IMG/VR virus record: IMGVR_UViG_3300042901_002340
Strand: one strand, 5' to 3'
Length of the DNA stretch: 64,000 nucleotides
DNA from: a virus
Lineage: Duplodnaviria > Heunggongvirae > Uroviricota > Caudoviricetes
In this document: positions 9,401 to 19,797 of the stretch, in pieces
Numbering within the stretch: the first letter of the stretch is position 1
Layout of the letters: every line of letters begins with the position of its first letter
Notes under the pieces: generated by a model
What the model was told of the DNA's origin: nothing
The model's database searches: none
Seen by the model: only the letters and a program-made list of their open reading frames with translations
Position numbers and translations under genes: made by a program

Positions 9401-12053
9401 GATCAGCATATTCAACCTGTCCTTGCTTAACTATATATGGCACATTCTCTTTTATAATTCCGGTTACACCCACCGGTATCTGGTAATATTTATAAGTCTC
9501 CGGAGTTGGTGCATAACCATACTCGGAGCTCCAAAAATCAAAATCAAATTCCTTCACATCAAAAAATGTAAAGACACCTATATTCATTTTTGCTGATTTA
9601 TAGACATTAAATGATCTATCATATCCCAAATCAATCTCTATATTATCATCTATATTCAGAACACTGCTATATGTGAAGTTTTCAAATCCTGTTATTTTTC
9701 CAATTATTGGATCACTTTGCGGGCTATCAACATATTTAGTTAACGAATTTACTTTAGTATATCCAGCTTTGGTGTTTATGAAATCACCAGGTTTTATAAA
9801 ATCTAAATATTCACTAGGGAATATTAATCTACTATTTGCTGTTTTAGTACCACCGATGAAATTAACAGATCCATATAATGTTGACGCATCAGAGCCATTA
9901 ATCTGAACATATCCACCACTAGAAACGGTATAATATGGTTCCCAATTAGTGGGATTATCGGAAAATATAGGAGGATCGTATGAGGGTGAAATTGTAGAAA
10001 TAGCACCATAATAATTTCCCATATATGCAACAATATCTGACGGAAAGTATGTTTCGCTGTTTGACCATACACCTCTAAATTTGGAAGTGAAATATTCATA
10101 ATCATCAAATACTGCGATGGAGTACGAATCATTTCCATATGTCCCAAAATCTCTAAGACGAATAACGGTGGAATCTAAATTTACCCCCGCATCCCAAGTT
10201 ACACCATCAACATCATTAATGGCACCAGCAAAAGCGCTAGCAACCTCACCAGTTTCACCCATTGATGCATTAAAGTAAAATGAAGACCCGGTAGAATAGT
10301 AAGATCCGTCTATCCAAACAAGAACAGCTGCAAGATCAGCTGATTCTATAACATCATATCTTCTGCTACCTTCCTTATTACCACCATTCGGCCAGTATAA
10401 TCTAAAAGTTAATGGCTTTGGTTTATCATAAATTTTAAGGAATCTAATTTCACTATATGCCCTACCTGGGGTTGTTGCATAATCAGAAGGGATCGTTGAT
10501 ATCTTTTCAGTTATTCCAGTAAAATCCAGAATATCAATTTTAGTATTTTGTAAAACCAAACTACCAGTCGTGGATGTAAAATTAGACCCAGTTGTGCCAA
10601 AGGTTTCCGTTAATGCGTCATATGGTCCGTAAGAATATTTTGGAGAGTTTCCACCAAAATTAATATATCCTTCATCCCTCTTAAGACTATAGAAATTACC
10701 ATTCTTGTCAGTCACATAATATAATTTATTGGAATCAAGTATATTAACGTTATCAGATCCAGGCAAAAGACCAGGCGTATAAACACCGGAAACATCCTTC
10801 TCGTAGAATAATCTAACTCCGGAATCCGCTGTTATCCCATAAGATTCGTTACTATAATAGTACCCAAATGCATCTCTAGTTGGCTTTGGTAAATTTTCAT
10901 TACCATCGAGATCTCTAAATTTATAATAAAACTCACCATTAGATCTCAATTCATTAAGGTCATTTCTAGAAACATACATCCCAAAATATCTATTTATAGA
11001 ATACTCGTCAGCATCGTCATCATCAAAAAGAAATTCTAGATTTAATATATTTGGTGGAATTACACCGTTTCTTGAAAATCCATTGGTCATATAGGTTTCA
11101 AAATCAATCATCCTATCAGAGGAATCACTTGAAAAATATCCGGAAAGAATCTCACCCTTTCTTGTGTATATTCCTTCAGCAATCGAGGCACCATTATAAT
11201 ATGTATATGAATTTGGACCCCAGCTAACATTAATCGGAGAATCTGTAAAATTCTTATCAGATACTATATTTCTTATGTATTTACCAATCTTGGAAGATTT
11301 AGTAAGATCAAATGTTTTAATAGCTAAACAATTTGGTAATATTTTATTCTTAAAAGTTGAAGCTACGTCATCAACCATATTAATATTGTGTAGCTCATCG
11401 AAGATACAAACTATACCATTTCCACTAACAATTTCATAGGACTGATATTCACTAGAGCCTGTAAATATAGATCCGCTATTTATGAGTATTGGCTCACCTG
11501 CTCCAGTTTTACCGTAAGATATTACAAAATCACTATCACTATCGTAATTCTTTACAATCTTATATTTAACATCTGGATTTATTACGGTTTCATTTTTTGA
11601 ATAAATATAACTTAAGGGGCCAGGTATCTTAAATATAACAAAATAATCCGGTATCTCACTTTTTATCCAAAGGGGAGCAAAGTAACTAAAAGACTCATCA
11701 TAATTTTTATCAGCAAGAGCTGATGCACCACTAGCATAGAAAAAGTCATACTGCCCGGAAAATTTTTTGGAAACCTCTCTATCTCCTCTAGTAAATCTTG
11801 CAGTATCAAATATTATGTTATTAGAAAGCTTTCCTTTATCAAAAAAATTAAAAATGTCAAGAGCAAATGAATTTTCACCAGTTATATTAAAATTCTTAAA
11901 TCTATCATTACTAAGAGTTTGATTTGCATTCATGGAATTAAACGAAACCCCGTCGGAGGAATCCACTGTTATTCTTAGATTTCCAGTTATTCTTGGATTC
12001 GTTCTTATTACTGAAAACGAAGAATTATAATCAAAAAGTTTTGATTTGGACAT
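6465..12053 (-). CDS. Very large putative virion structural protein
   Basis: 1862-aa ORF within the structural cluster. Contains a carbohydrate-binding-like W.....Y..SDIVAY.GNYY segment. No enzyme motif recognised. Confidence 0.6.
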   Translation of the reverse strand: MSKSKLFDYNSSFSVIRTNPRITGNLRITVDSSDGVSFNSMNANQTLSNDRFKNFNITGENSFALDIFNFFDKGKLSNNIIFDTARFTRGDREVSKKFSGQYDFFYASGASALADKNYDESFSYFAPLWIKSEIPDYFVIFKIPGPLSYIYSKNETVINPDVKYKIVKNYDSDSDFVISYGKTGAGEPILINSGSIFTGSSEYQSYEIVSGNGIVCIFDELHNINMVDDVASTFKNKILPNCLAIKTFDLTKSSKIGKYIRNIVSDKNFTDSPINVSWGPNSYTYYNGASIAEGIYTRKGEILSGYFSSDSSDRMIDFETYMTNGFSRNGVIPPNILNLEFLFDDDDADEYSINRYFGMYVSRNDLNELRSNGEFYYKFRDLDGNENLPKPTRDAFGYYYSNESYGITADSGVRLFYEKDVSGVYTPGLLPGSDNVNILDSNKLYYVTDKNGNFYSLKRDEGYINFGGNSPKYSYGPYDALTETFGTTGSNFTSTTGSLVLQNTKIDILDFTGITEKISTIPSDYATTPGRAYSEIRFLKIYDKPKPLTFRLYWPNGGNKEGSRRYDVIESADLAAVLVWIDGSYYSTGSSFYFNASMGETGEVASAFAGAINDVDGVTWDAGVNLDSTVIRLRDFGTYGNDSYSIAVFDDYEYFTSKFRGVWSNSETYFPSDIVAYMGNYYGAISTISPSYDPPIFSDNPTNWEPYYTVSSGGYVQINGSDASTLYGSVNFIGGTKTANSRLIFPSEYLDFIKPGDFINTKAGYTKVNSLTKYVDSPQSDPIIGKITGFENFTYSSVLNIDDNIEIDLGYDRSFNVYKSAKMNIGVFTFFDVKEFDFDFWSSEYGYAPTPETYKYYQIPVGVTGIIKENVPYIVKQGQVEYADQIYPQQAESGVVVTSNLFYGASGYTSIKNARPDLFKELVVIPAEYSDISYIPQSDTSRGSSIIYGGATGSPVGYNRDLDTFNGFIGIQDISPNPVSAGASKIEIFNRGKLGTEYEYLNENYSPDISNVSRIVPFINKWAYSDGIDARGNQYRLNSSPAFSPTNFSPSFDKDIADSRYLTHEWFLLEQPPRNFPIEYMKNQNSYLPGKIDLEQAVGPGNYLASYFTVEPSDYPEEFRDDRSYTKELFTTFTYNKSSGFYETLFRGAKIILKKRSNLSNSVADSLDKYIPKYRNYEDYKFAAILRPISEDDDNIQDPVKYRIIENQSQRFILFVCDIVMRDYKSLGVGYTGGTGGDPILDYTLLYSVNNKEKLVYPMVGGSRLYEISDIKLSSALDLSVGSGSVVNTTTGGRINIIPSSTYDTDLREEIHTFYSENSSDATVGPSATGPASFYITKFTPYVTYPWPIGVGPNYLDFAKIVPPQTPIFGSDPPYKPEYSFTVGFSAVDPVIIPVGPQSIYRNKPVFQKAGGFSYYSSILQRISLSGISTRINSGSSYIQYETHKDSGIIYNDFELRMDKPSRIVKSKGSKSSKYYGGPQTLGESVPTAYTIQSNLNLPSTLLRYSGGYEPIFRKIIHFDRDKSDTISQVSYDPSFFDLSFRNCNFAPDKRYFGISRNLSFTKVANDQNILSLSQNLPEGPVYPLVGQSPIWRKDFNVFSSSWDPGYYERFTGPTVYERVAGTRSMKEYKGFLGSKIMKTPDSLEFDNYITLEIVRNGSGYGTSDVALINSQIDSYIKPVQYIDTTNSGTGIGRPDPYSSGVDYDKLDLNLFPNAELVWQYFPDINKVRGIIRLDRMLTRYLINDGIKQIFIDNIISEFGVGNPDSIDDDVTDYIMNNVSPLYMGENMDLYSKKEAVNNAQQINNVLLVRGDITTSSKYEDEYYQESDFRLTKSSNLIYTFEYNLDNNYLYSLIFNLAITKI

Positions 12054-12073
12054 ATGTCATCTATTATTTATTA

Positions 12074-15000
12074 TTAATTACTACTAAGTCCGCTATCGAA
12101 ATTAGGTGCAACCAATGTATCATTTTTATAAGATCCAGTAACTTGTATATCAAACGAGAATGAATCCTCATTTTGAACCTGCAGATCAATACCAATTTTC
12201 TTTGTGTATGTCACATTGGATAAATTTCCTGATTTTCTCCATCCTCCTATAAAACCAAGTTTATCTACTGCTCTAAATTGAAATATTATAGGAACGTTTA
12301 TGGCATTAGTTTCCCCTGTTCCTAGAGAAAGTGTGGACAGAGAGGTTGTTCCTGAAACCTGAATTGCAGAACCTGACTGTGGAGCAATGTACAAATATGC
12401 ACCACAAGAATATTTACCTATAAGAAATTGGTCATTAACAGTAAATCCGAGCTTATCTGGATACATCGAATCCGTTCTTGTCACAGTTGAGCTTATAGCA
12501 AAAGGACCGGGTTGTCTATATGATTGTTGAACCCAATAATAATTAAGAGTCGTATCACCCCAGAAAGTTTGGGTGTGTCTAAAGGGAGGATAAACCTTAC
12601 CACCATCAACAAAAGGTTTAACCATATCCTGATAATTCGTATATCCATCAGTATTACCTACAACAAGTAAATATGGATGGTCTTTATGGATACAGAATTC
12701 AGTTATATAGCCTCCACCCTGAGGAGATCCGCCGGTTACACCTGAATATGAACCATTCCATATTGCACTATTAGTGGACCCAGATTCTGGTGGGGGAGTT
12801 GGAAGTTGAGGATTATACGGTATCATAAATGTTCCACTTTGAGGATATGTCGAGGTAACTCCATCCTTAGTAATACCAAAATTTGTTGCATTAACATCAC
12901 CATCATATATTGGACTCTCAGCAGGAGTATTGAAATAGGTACCAAATAAAGTGGGATCACTCTGGTATAACGGAAGATCATACCCAACAGTTTTAAATCT
13001 AGGATAAACATATTGTGAATATGCATTTGCAGAAGCAAAAGGAGGTGCCTGTCTAAACGAAGTATTGTTTACTATTGATTGATCAGAAAGGGTTAATGAT
13101 GTTAAAGATATAGGGCAGTCACCATATCTAAGATTTTCATTATACCCAACAGGGAATGATGAACTTACACTTGAAGGTGCTCTTTGAGCTAAACCCCCTG
13201 GTATAATGGAAGCAAGTTCAACACTGGAAGCCTGCTGGTTAAAAAGCTGAAGATTATATGTAAATGAAGCTGTTCTACCTGCATCAAATCCAAGCGGATC
13301 AGAGAATATATCCGAATAAAATCCTGCTGTGATCTTAACAGTAGATCCTTTAGAAACTTTAATCTTATTATTATTAGAATCCAGAATGTAAACCTCAAGC
13401 ACACCTCTAGCATTAGAAAGCTGAGCAGTAAGTAGGGTTATCTGATTCTGTAAATCTGTTATTTTATCAAAAAGATTTATAACAGTTCCGCTGCTAGTAA
13501 AAAATCCACTAGCTATACCTTTTGTGTCGTGATAGTAAGTATTTTCTCCTGATGTAAATTGCTGAGATAAATGAGAAGGTAAACCTTGTGAATCAAGGGC
13601 TCTCTGCATTTTAACTACCGCAGCATCCTGGGTGTTTGCATTCAACGTATCAGCAACTCCAGTTACAGATAAACTATCCGGAAATTGTATAATAACGGAA
13701 TCAGAAAAATCAGAAACCAAAGGATTTTCTGGCCATCCTGCCTCGGATATGGAAGAAATTTGTATTTCCACTCTTTCACCCTTTGTTATCGCTATATCAA
13801 GTTGATTAACATTCTGGACATTAGCATCGGAGGTAACCTCCGCTGACCAAACGTAGATTCCTCTAGTTTCATCATATACTTTTTTTCTAATGTCAGTTTT
13901 ATACTCAGTCCAGTTTGAAAATGCAGCATTTTTCTTTACACCGTCATTATCAACAAATTCTATCTGTTCTGCAGGCTGAGAAGCTCCGCCGTCACTAAGA
14001 TATCTGTACCTAACATTAAATTGGATAACCTCCTGAGCACCTGTAGTCGGATCAATCTTAGGAGCAGGAAAAGGCCAAAATCCTCTGACTCTATATTTTG
14101 GAGCTTCTATTATCTGCGGAACATCCTTAACCAGAACATTGACCTCGTCAACAAGAGAAGCATACAATTGAGCTTTCTTTGTTCTTTCATCAATTAAACT
14201 GTTTAGACTTGCTCTTATTGAAGCAACATCAGTTCCAGGGGGAGAAGTTATATTACTATTTGTTACAATATTATCATAATTTCTATTAGGAACATTTATA
14301 CCATTATCGTTATCACCACCGAATTGAGTGGAATCACTTATGGAAGCTCTAGGTGTTCCAGAACGGGTAACGTTTCTAGATAAACCTGCATTTAATTCGA
14401 GTCTTGTCTCAGAGATAGCTTGATCTAATGCATCAATCTCGCTTTTTAGAGTTGTTTTAAGGTTTAATTTATCTTCAACAACCTTAACTGATGTTGAATC
14501 AGTAACCTGCTTGTTTATCTGAACCACCTTAAAACTATCAAGAGTTACTAGAGGTGCATCTGGTATAAGTCCCTGTATAGCTGGTATTTTATTTTCCTTA
14601 GCTGTACCAAGAAAAACCTTACCCAGATCAGAAACCTCATTAAGATAGTAGGTTTCAAGAGTTACTAATTCACCATTTGAATTTTTAGTTTTTAATTCAT
14701 TGCTCCAAAAAACAATACCAGTTGACCAATCAGCACTTACTATATTGAAATTATCATCAATTGTTTTAAAGAATACACCTTGTCTTTCATTATAACCAAC
14801 ATTTACTTGAACATATCTAGGTCCAAAGTCAGTGGATGAAATTGATATACTATTTGCACCAATCTGAATAGGTTGGTATCCAGAAACTCTTTTAGCCTGT
14901 ATTGATGCTTGATCTCTATTGACAGATGTTATCTGATACAAACTTCCATCTTGAGTTGAAATTTTATCACCTACGTCCAGACTCTTTCCATCCTTTATAT

Positions 15001-15760
15001 TTGTTAATGTGTCAGTATATGCTATTTTATCTAATTTGTAATTTCTTCTAGTCTCTTGAAAGGAATTACCATTCTGATCTGTTGATGTAATTGAATCATC
15101 ATAATAACTTATAACCCCAAAATTTCCGATATATCTTATGGTTCTTAATGGAAGTTGAACTATATCCTCATCAACAAAATATCCGATTCCATTATCGCCT
15201 AATAGACCAAGATATTGGTTATAAGTTAGATCATTTCTACCTTTTATGCTAGAATCAAAATATGCTTTCTGCTCATCGGTTTGAGTGTTAGCTATTACTC
15301 TTTTAACAACTATTCTGTCTGCACTCTCTGATATTTGACCCGTTACATTTATATTAATGTAAAGTAATGGACTTAAAAAACTTTCAAAAAACCAATTATC
15401 CTTAACTGAAAATGTACTAGGAACAGCAAGATTTGATAAGCTAGGAGGATTTTTTAAAGTTTCAACCTTAAAAACTTGGGAATATGTTCCATCTGGATTT
15501 CTAACTGTTGATGAAGAATCACCTATACCAGCAAGGGATTTTATATTATTATCCAATCTGTCTATTTCTCCTCTAAGAAATCCATAGGAAGGTATATTCG
15601 CAGTTTTAGGTAAACCCTGTTCATCAAGAACTTCTATCGAAACGGTATCATTTGTTGACACTGCAACCTGATTCAATCCATTAATTATCTCAAGAGAATT
15701 TTTTTGAAGTCTTAAAAACTGAGCTACTAAAGAACTTATTGTATTTTGTGTTCCGGCCAT
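12074..15760 (-). CDS. Large putative virion structural protein with coiled-coil segments
   Basis: 1228-aa ORF with heptad-like segments (LKSEIDALDQAISETRLEL; ITDLQNQITLLTAQL), in structural context. Confidence 0.6.
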   Translation of the reverse strand: MAGTQNTISSLVAQFLRLQKNSLEIINGLNQVAVSTNDTVSIEVLDEQGLPKTANIPSYGFLRGEIDRLDNNIKSLAGIGDSSSTVRNPDGTYSQVFKVETLKNPPSLSNLAVPSTFSVKDNWFFESFLSPLLYININVTGQISESADRIVVKRVIANTQTDEQKAYFDSSIKGRNDLTYNQYLGLLGDNGIGYFVDEDIVQLPLRTIRYIGNFGVISYYDDSITSTDQNGNSFQETRRNYKLDKIAYTDTLTNIKDGKSLDVGDKISTQDGSLYQITSVNRDQASIQAKRVSGYQPIQIGANSISISSTDFGPRYVQVNVGYNERQGVFFKTIDDNFNIVSADWSTGIVFWSNELKTKNSNGELVTLETYYLNEVSDLGKVFLGTAKENKIPAIQGLIPDAPLVTLDSFKVVQINKQVTDSTSVKVVEDKLNLKTTLKSEIDALDQAISETRLELNAGLSRNVTRSGTPRASISDSTQFGGDNDNGINVPNRNYDNIVTNSNITSPPGTDVASIRASLNSLIDERTKKAQLYASLVDEVNVLVKDVPQIIEAPKYRVRGFWPFPAPKIDPTTGAQEVIQFNVRYRYLSDGGASQPAEQIEFVDNDGVKKNAAFSNWTEYKTDIRKKVYDETRGIYVWSAEVTSDANVQNVNQLDIAITKGERVEIQISSISEAGWPENPLVSDFSDSVIIQFPDSLSVTGVADTLNANTQDAAVVKMQRALDSQGLPSHLSQQFTSGENTYYHDTKGIASGFFTSSGTVINLFDKITDLQNQITLLTAQLSNARGVLEVYILDSNNNKIKVSKGSTVKITAGFYSDIFSDPLGFDAGRTASFTYNLQLFNQQASSVELASIIPGGLAQRAPSSVSSSFPVGYNENLRYGDCPISLTSLTLSDQSIVNNTSFRQAPPFASANAYSQYVYPRFKTVGYDLPLYQSDPTLFGTYFNTPAESPIYDGDVNATNFGITKDGVTSTYPQSGTFMIPYNPQLPTPPPESGSTNSAIWNGSYSGVTGGSPQGGGYITEFCIHKDHPYLLVVGNTDGYTNYQDMVKPFVDGGKVYPPFRHTQTFWGDTTLNYYWVQQSYRQPGPFAISSTVTRTDSMYPDKLGFTVNDQFLIGKYSCGAYLYIAPQSGSAIQVSGTTSLSTLSLGTGETNAINVPIIFQFRAVDKLGFIGGWRKSGNLSNVTYTKKIGIDLQVQNEDSFSFDIQVTGSYKNDTLVAPNFDSGLSSN

Positions 15761-15773
15761 TTTTGGTTATTTT

Positions 15774-17990
15774 TTATTGATTATTTGTTAAGCTTTTTCC
15801 TATTACATCAACCTGAAATTTAAGATTAGCCTCGTCTATACAGACGATATCAAAAACAGGTTCGTAATCATGTACAGCAAATATATCCTCGGTCAAAGAT
15901 ATTATTATCGTTGAATAAGGAGAAGAAGTTGGATTAATAATAGGATATTTACCAAGAGAATTAGTTAAAACCTTTATTATATAATTGCCTGGATATATCT
16001 TATCACCAAAGGATAATCTAAATCTTTGGCCATTTTTCCAATTTATCGTTCCGTCATTAATTCTTATTGTCAAATCACCAGTCAACGTCAGAGGATTTGA
16101 ATTATTCACATGTTTATAGTAATTAGAAAAATCAAGGAGATTGATTATATTATCACCGTTCTGTGTAAACGTTCCAACACCAAGAGTATCTAACATATTG
16201 AAATCCTGACTTGAGTTAACAACAGTAACTTGGTTAGGTGTAGATCTATCAAGAATAACACCAGGTCCCTGTTTTAATAAATCCAGATTATATGAAACTT
16301 CCACACTCGTCTGATTATTAATAATGGCCCTTACTAGATCATAGTTTTGATTTATAAGTCCCATTACAGCCTGAGTGTTATTAAAAAGTGCTTGATTAGC
16401 TGCAAATGCTTGCTCCAGCTGAGTTATTCTTCTATCTATATTTGTCGACGTTGAAGATGATAACGTTATATTTTCCAAGCTAGTCACTCTATTGCTTAGA
16501 TCTATAAATTCCGTTGCAGCATTATTTAAAGTTGAGCTAGCATCCTGTAGAACGTTCATAGAGTCCATAAACATCGACAGCGAGAAAGGAGAATAGTCAT
16601 TTATCGCTTGCTCAACCCCGGTTTGATCTATATCAGTATCAAATTTAAGATTTATCTTAAATCCATAGGAGTTACCATTTAATTTTGTTACTGGATTGGG
16701 TCTATGTTTATCTAATCTAGGTATAAAAACATCACCACTTGAAATATTAACATCATCCAAGAATAAAACGCCATAGAGATTCGTTGCAAAGCTCGATGGT
16801 GTAGCAGGATCGTACACGTCATAATATATAAGAACCGCATTAAATTCAAAATCCTTAGAATCCGCAGTTGCGTTAAATTCCTCAAGAGTTGATATATTTG
16901 GATTACTAATTATTCCTTGATATGAGTTTGGATCGAAATCTATACCTATAGAATCAAGTTTGCTTCTAACATAATTGACATCAACAAGACCATTAGTTTT
17001 ATTTATTACGTAATTAGACGGATCTGTAAATGATGATTGTGAATCAGTAAAATAAGTATTTGCAGTATCTCTCGGTGAGTACCAATTACCAGCATAGCTT
17101 GTACCTGTGTATGTGTCAATGTAAGAAGCTATAGGAGATCCCAAGACATCGTCATCAAATATGGCAAGATTAGTAAGTCCACTTGGATTTGTCTCATTGT
17201 AATTTCTACCAAATAGATATTCGTCATTCAGCGGATTTGGTGGATTGTTAGTCCATTGGTAATCTGGATAATAGTTAGTATCTACTATATTTTTAAATAA
17301 AACTGTTGGTGAATTACCATCCTTTGTAGGAATATAAACATAAACCTCAGAATATGTGTTTGTTGAATTTTTAACTGAGTTAACTATGTCAAGATTACCA
17401 ACATACTGTACAACTCTACTATATTTAGCTCCAGTCATTCCATAGGAACCAGTGGTGCCTATTGGCTCATCACCTTCAACATATCTTTTTTGTGTTATTG
17501 GCAAACCTGCAGAATCGTAGGTTACATTTATTTGATTAAGAGCGCCGGAAACCTCGCTGGAATTTGCATTCCTCCATCTCATTGCTCCAATTTCTTTTAG
17601 CCATTTAAAGAAAACTCTTTCAGAAACATTCTGTTTAAGAGAGGAATCATATTCATCAGATCCTGTTATAGTTGATTCCACATTCAAACAATAACTCTGA
17701 AAACTCTGAGAAAAATCTATATTTCCATTCCCAGTTATGATTATACCAGCACTAGTTGCGTAATCAAGAAAAGCACTATCCGGTCCATTAAGTTTAACAT
17801 AATTGGAAAATGCTCCAGTTGTTCCTGTACCATCATCAAAGTCGGGAATATTAAGGAGCGCAAATTTAGAAAATCTAAATTTATTAGATGTGTTATTGAA
17901 TGTAAACGAAAGATCTTCTGCCGAGGAAGAGAATGTATAGAAAGTTCCACCCTGTACCTGCAAAGGTCTAATAAATGGGGTTTTTGCCAT
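15774..17990 (-). CDS. Putative virion structural protein
   Basis: 738-aa ORF with a coiled-coil near the C-terminus, co-oriented with its neighbours across short spacers. Confidence 0.6.
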   Translation of the reverse strand: MAKTPFIRPLQVQGGTFYTFSSSAEDLSFTFNNTSNKFRFSKFALLNIPDFDDGTGTTGAFSNYVKLNGPDSAFLDYATSAGIIITGNGNIDFSQSFQSYCLNVESTITGSDEYDSSLKQNVSERVFFKWLKEIGAMRWRNANSSEVSGALNQINVTYDSAGLPITQKRYVEGDEPIGTTGSYGMTGAKYSRVVQYVGNLDIVNSVKNSTNTYSEVYVYIPTKDGNSPTVLFKNIVDTNYYPDYQWTNNPPNPLNDEYLFGRNYNETNPSGLTNLAIFDDDVLGSPIASYIDTYTGTSYAGNWYSPRDTANTYFTDSQSSFTDPSNYVINKTNGLVDVNYVRSKLDSIGIDFDPNSYQGIISNPNISTLEEFNATADSKDFEFNAVLIYYDVYDPATPSSFATNLYGVLFLDDVNISSGDVFIPRLDKHRPNPVTKLNGNSYGFKINLKFDTDIDQTGVEQAINDYSPFSLSMFMDSMNVLQDASSTLNNAATEFIDLSNRVTSLENITLSSSTSTNIDRRITQLEQAFAANQALFNNTQAVMGLINQNYDLVRAIINNQTSVEVSYNLDLLKQGPGVILDRSTPNQVTVVNSSQDFNMLDTLGVGTFTQNGDNIINLLDFSNYYKHVNNSNPLTLTGDLTIRINDGTINWKNGQRFRLSFGDKIYPGNYIIKVLTNSLGKYPIINPTSSPYSTIIISLTEDIFAVHDYEPVFDIVCIDEANLKFQVDVIGKSLTNNQ

Positions 17991-18007
17991 TTTTTTCTTT
18001 TTTTATT

Positions 18008-18913
18008 TTATAGTATCATATTGCTATTACCCAGAACCACCCAAGAACCATTTTGTGTTGCCTGTCCCAGACCTACTCTAGGTTCCCATTGCAATGTTAT
18101 TGAGGATCTATAAGCTAGTCCTGCAGAAGCAGTTATACCAAGGGTGTCAAAGCCACCTACTAAGGAAGCAGTATTAAATCCAGTGTAATACGAGGGAGAT
18201 CCTGTTACACCAGTTACTATTTTAGCTGCTCCTGATGTTGTATTGATTATTGTTATTCTTGTTCCTGGTGCTATACTTGGAACTGTACCTCCTACTGGAG
18301 ATACACCGTCACATACCTTCATATAAAAACCAGAACTGGAACAATTTGCATAGATAACATCCTCCAGACCAGTTATTGCATAGGGTGAATTTACCGATGT
18401 AGCTACACCACCACCACCTAATGAAGCGGAAGGAAATGCTTGTCCAGCAGTAGCACCATTAACATAGGTTGTATTTTGACTCATAATTCTACCCTGAGGT
18501 CCAAGAGAAATAGCACCATTTGCTCCCAATTGGCCATTAAAAGAAGCAGTTCCACCAGAGGTAAAGCTAGATCCAGCTCCAAGTGTTATTGTTCCATTTG
18601 CAACTAAAGCACCAGATGCAGTGAAGGTTGTTGTTTGTACACTAGCGAATGTTGCTGCTCCTGCAGCACTAACTGATGCTGTTGCTGTTCCGCTAGAGGG
18701 AAGAGATAATGAATCAAATCTACCAATTTTTGCCTGAACTTTCCCAGTGGAAGCAGCAGAAAGATCCAATATTCCATTCGTTGTGTCTATTCCAAAAACA
18801 CTAACATAACCATTTATCCAGTTTTGGAGTATAAGAAAGTTAGAATTTATGGTTACTCTGGATCCCGAAATAGAATCGGATCCTAAGATTTCATTAATGT
18901 TTACTGTAGCCAT
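18008..18913 (-). CDS. Gly/Ala/Ser/Thr-rich putative fibre/baseplate appendage protein
   Basis: 301 aa. N-terminal SD...SRVTINSNF anchor-like motif and small-residue-rich body. GATATATA motif upstream. Confidence 0.55.
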   Translation of the reverse strand: MATVNINEILGSDSISGSRVTINSNFLILQNWINGYVSVFGIDTTNGILDLSAASTGKVQAKIGRFDSLSLPSSGTATASVSAAGAATFASVQTTTFTASGALVANGTITLGAGSSFTSGGTASFNGQLGANGAISLGPQGRIMSQNTTYVNGATAGQAFPSASLGGGGVATSVNSPYAITGLEDVIYANCSSSGFYMKVCDGVSPVGGTVPSIAPGTRITIINTTSGAAKIVTGVTGSPSYYTGFNTASLVGGFDTLGITASAGLAYRSSITLQWEPRVGLGQATQNGSWVVLGNSNMIL

Positions 18914-18942
18914 TTTTCTTTTTATTTGTTTTTTATGTGAAA

Positions 18943-18950
18943 TATATATC
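18943..18950 (-). promoter_or_regulatory. GATATATA putative late promoter
   Basis: About 30 nt upstream of ATG 18913. Confidence 0.65.
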
Positions 18951-19023
18951 TATGTTCAAATCAACACTACAAACCTCAGTGTTATTTGAAAAAGTTCTTA
19001 TTAATTAAATAAAACAAAAACAA

Positions 19024-19797
19024 ATGCCAAGAAAAAAAGCAAAAAACGAACCAATTCCGATCAAAACGGAGAAAAAGCAACCAAAATCAACAAAAACTTC
19101 AAAGGTTGACAGCTTACCAAAAGGACCAATTCTACAAAAAGAGGATTTCAATCACATTAAATTTACTGATTCACAATTGAAATTTTTCAAAACGATCGAA
19201 AATAATTTTCTAACAGTTTGCACTGGACCAGCGGGTACTGCAAAAACTTTCGTGGCATGTTACGCAGCACTGGATCTCATAAGAAAGGGCGAGCATTCAA
19301 AAATAATATTAGCGAGACCCGCAGTAGAATCGGGAGAAAATCTAGGATTTCTACCCGGATCTGTTGACGAAAAAATAGCTCCATATATGGAAGGATATAT
19401 TTCCAATATGGAAAAAATATTAAAAGCCAAGGAAAAAATAAAACTCATGACAGATACAAAAACTATCGATATGCAACCATTAGCTTTCATGAGAAGTAGA
19501 ACATTCGATGATACCATACTAATTCTAGATGAAGCCCAAAATGCAGATCTCAGACAAATAATGTTGGTTGTAACCAGAATGGGTCAGAACTCAAGAATAA
19601 TTATATGTGGGGATGTAACACAGTGGGATCTCAAGGCAAGGAAAAAAGATCTACTCACATTTTCAGAAAAAATAGCAAAAGGGGTAGATCAATGTGGTGC
19701 TTTCGTTTTCACAAGGGAAGATATAGTTAGAAATCCTATACTCATACAACTCACAGATAACTACGAAAAATACAAGGAAGAAAATAATCTAGATTAA
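19024..19797 (+). CDS. phoH: PhoH-family ATPase
   Basis: GPAGTAKT Walker A, ARPAVE..E.LGFLPG, PLAFMRSRTF, ILDEAQN, TRMG, GDVTQ.D and DIVRNP motifs. Confidence 0.95.
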   Translation: MPRKKAKNEPIPIKTEKKQPKSTKTSKVDSLPKGPILQKEDFNHIKFTDSQLKFFKTIENNFLTVCTGPAGTAKTFVACYAALDLIRKGEHSKIILARPAVESGENLGFLPGSVDEKIAPYMEGYISNMEKILKAKEKIKLMTDTKTIDMQPLAFMRSRTFDDTILILDEAQNADLRQIMLVVTRMGQNSRIIICGDVTQWDLKARKKDLLTFSEKIAKGVDQCGAFVFTREDIVRNPILIQLTDNYEKYKEENNLD